Shown here piece by piece: positions 61,001 to 64,000 of a DNA stretch of 64,000 nt; position 1 is the stretch's first letter, and every line of letters begins with the position of its first letter. The stretch covers positions 1,798,001 through 1,862,000 of the forward strand of contig JBLDXI010000021.1 of the NCBI GenBank assembly GCA_047495785.1, in the 5' to 3' direction. Position numbers and translations under genes: made by a program. Origin of the DNA: Lepidodermella squamata. Lineage: Eukaryota > Animalia > Gastrotricha. The notes under the pieces are model-generated. The model was not told the DNA's origin, did not search any database, and was given only the letters and a program-made list of their open reading frames with translations.

Positions 61001-62330
61001 AACATACGGCTCGATCGTAGTAGCAATCTACGTCAAGCAGTGTTTTAACAGTGTGACACTCTGTCACTTCTACTATCTTGCTTTGTGCAGTACTTCGCTA
61101 ACGAAGCCATCTTTATTACATTTATTTACCCAATGAAAGAGTAATACCTCTGAATTTTCGTTGTGTAGTTATCTGTTTCTTAAAACTACGTCGATTCGAT
61201 TCAAACTATAGCTCGCGTAAAATCACCTAGTAATTGATAGGCGATCTAGCCTTCCTTTTCTTCTCTTTTTCTTTCTTTTTCCTTTAAAAAATGGGGTTTG
61301 TAAAATGTCTTTATCCATGTGCCAGAAGACTAGCGTGAAGACTAGCTTCTTTACCTTTTTTTTTACCAAGAGCCGAAGCTATCTGTAATTTTTATTTCAT
61401 CTTGATCAAAGATTAGAGTACCCATGGCCATTTTACCCCAAATGACGGTAGCTAGCGCGAACATCCAAGCTTCCTTGAAGCATATTCTTTTCAGCTAAAA
61501 TTAATTGCGCCTCTAACCCATTGTATAAACGTATGGATAAACCTAACGCCTCCAAAATAATATGCAATGAGTACTGGTTTATTTTCTTAAACTTGATCAT
61601 TGAACTATTCAATGATTTATCTTGAATGGTTTAATGATTCGGCGGTGATTGTGATTTTGCAAAAATGTGCGATTGATTCCATCGCTTAATACTCCATCAT
61701 ATCACCTTAACAGTACGCGCTTCCTGATGCACGCTTCAACATTTAAAGGTTCACGGCTCACGATAACCCAGGCCCTCGCTCGCCGAGCCCCGAGAAATGA
61801 AAAATCACATGCGGCACAACATCGTCTAACAAAATATTACTGATAAAATCAAGAGCTAATTTTATATTAGGAATATGTATTATTTTATTTTTTATTTTTA
61901 TTATAATTTGTCAGCCCGCGGAAATGCAATAGTTTCAAATTTTCATTTCAAGTGACCTCAAAAGTTGGCAGAGGATAGGTCTTGATAGGTCTTCCGCTTG
62001 TTCACAACTTTGATACGCGCTTCGCTCTAATTTTAAAACAATGCTTCGTGTTACGTTTATTGTGTTTCTCTGCTTGACTCGACTATTTATCTACGCGTAA
62101 TTTGAAACGTTACCTGACCACTGTTACTTCATATTTTGGAAAGCCGAAAGCCGCATTCTCATTATAGGCATCCAACGTTCTGAAACGTTACTGGTTACTG
62201 GAATCCCCAATCATTTTACAATTTAACACCATTGATTTACTTTTGACCTAACACTGATTGATGTTTTAGTTTATAGGTTGTTTTCATATTACTGTTAGTG
62301 GTGCAAGTATTACGTCCACCTGCCTCCACT

Positions 62331-63868
62331 ATGGTTTCCAACCGATTCTTTGTTGCCGAATCGATACATTTACTGGTTCTTTTTGTAATCGCTGTAAGCG
62401 CTACTAAGCAAGGTAAGCTTTACAATTGCGATTTATGGTTCAATTAAATATAGCCATCTTTCGATTAGGCTGTCTCGAAATTCAATCACAATCTGTTAAT
62501 TTTGTACAACTTACAAAAAACGTGAAACGCGAAAACACCGCTATCAGCGTTGCCATTAATTGTTGTCCAAACGACCTTTGCTGCTCCCCCGGAATTTTCG
62601 AGTCTAGCTATGTTTTTCAACCAAATGGCAGATGCTTGAAGCAGTCATTACTTTCACGCGGCCAGCAAGCATTGACTTGCACAGATAACACTTCGCCCAG
62701 CGTACCAGCTCACCAGCGTCGTGCAACTATCACTGGCGTTCGCAACGGCTTCTCTCTGAGGTGCCTTTACTCCGATGAAAATGACGAGCCAGTGGACGAC
62801 TCAGTAACTGTAAAAATCAAGGGTAAGTCGCAGTCACATTTCCGATTAACTTCTTAATAATTATTCGGCTTAGTTTTGCCACAACTCATCTCGTTTACAC
62901 AACAAATCGTCGATCAATCTGAACGGAACGAACGAGGCGTACTGCTGGTTTGCAAAGCTGCACTGGGCTCATATACCGCCGATTCAGTGGAGCTATCTTT
63001 TGCGAATTTCACGAATTCTGAACCTCAGGGTCTGATCGGCTCTACCCGGTGGGATGAAAAAATTACCCGTGAATTGACCGGCAAAGAAGTTAGTTTTTGA
63101 ATTGTTTTGTTAACATGTTTCGATTTTTCCCGTCTTCCAGAAAGAGATTGCAGATCATTTACGGACAGAACTGAATCTCACTGCCCCGTATGAGTTGGAG
63201 CTAAAGCATTTCGTTCCTGACCGGTTGGTCTTCTGGCGCAATCTGACTGTAGGCTGCCAGTTGAAACTTGCGACTAAGGAGGATCGTCAAGATCGCATTG
63301 AGTTTGAAAATCTTGACCAAGCCAAGAAATTGATGTTGGTAAATGAGCACAGCCTTGAAAGTAAGTTGAAAAAGAACTCGCAAGAATGAGAAACGAAATA
63401 TATGTTTGCTTTAGCGCTCCCGAAAGTGGAACTGATTTACGATGGTCTCACCAAGCGGCTAAAATGCTCCACATACTCTTTCCCCAAGGCTACAAGCATC
63501 AAGTATGATTTGTAATTATTTTTTGTGAAATTATAATATCATTTGTGAATTATAGATGGTCTTATGCCGTTGCTCGTGGGCAAAATTTTACCGATATTCC
63601 ATCTACAAATGTGTCAGCTGTTGAGGTCGTATCCCCTGACTGGTACGTGTCATGGTACAACGGCCCCTTCGATCCGAAGAGTGTCTATCGCTGTGCCGTT
63701 CAGAACTCTGTTGGTACAACCATCGGCGAATTAGGTTTGTTTTGAATAAAGTGAAATAATTCATACCTGAATGACATTTACTAATCGCATCGAGCTATTT
63801 AATTAGTTAGCGAGATCTAGCCTATCTTGTATTTAGCTCCAGAATGTATTCCTTTAAATTTCCTGTGA
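62331..63868 (+). CDS. Secreted or cell-surface protein with divergent Ig-like domains, multi-exon (both ends uncertain)
   Basis: Signal-like MVSNRFFVAESIHLLVLFVIAVSA. Spliced exons give ...LVCKAALG...VGCQL... and RLKCSTYSFPKATSIKWS...YRCAVQNSVG (Ig C...W...YxC). A candidate last exon 63837-63868 ends in TGA. Confidence 0.65.
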
Positions 63869-64000
63869 TGAAACCAAATAACGATTTTACCTGCTTGAAA
63901 AATCTGAACTAAGCCAAGAGAGGATTAGTATGCATCATTTTTCCGAAATTTGAATTATTTGAATGGATCGATGCATTTAACTGAAAGAAATCGACCACCC

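Noticed and set aside
611-63745. Many short ORFs in the ORF track antisense to or overlapping real exons, or lying in non-coding regions
   Set aside because: No motifs, splice support or homology; shadow or random ORFs. No tRNA, rRNA, snRNA or CRISPR signatures were seen.

Overview
This is eukaryotic, invertebrate-animal DNA from a compact genome with mostly 45-66 nt GT-AG introns; the species cannot be identified from the sequence. Spliced genes reconstructed by eye are FBXW7/sel-10, ZSWIM2-like, ULK1/Atg1, an SLC7 LAT-type transporter, a short cwf21/SRRM2 protein, CRCP (RPC9), STARD7, an orphan secreted protein, FGFRL1/nou-darake-like, stomatin, a divergent Shaw/Kv3-type K+ channel, NOP16, LMAN2/VIP36-like and a multi-Ig protein at the right edge. 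The 3.6-11.9 kb region is a nested transposon hotspot. It holds a CORE-type SINE, a Mutator remnant, an intact single-ORF APE-RT LINE, and several CATAG-terminated P-element-type MITEs and footprints. The most interesting observations are: (1) the LINE carries tandem RFX X-boxes and a signal-peptide-like leader ending in a 2A-like NPG/P motif in front of the endonuclease; (2) a three-exon, 72-aa membrane microprotein overlaps the CRCP start codon inside a tight same-strand cluster (candidate bicistronic mRNA or operon); (3) 31-33 bp hairpins flanked by 8-bp duplications match P-element excision footprints; (4) the Kv3-like channel has a QVP gate and a reduced S4, suggesting a silent/regulatory subunit. 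No tRNA, rRNA or CRISPR arrays were found. All exon boundaries are manual and unverified.
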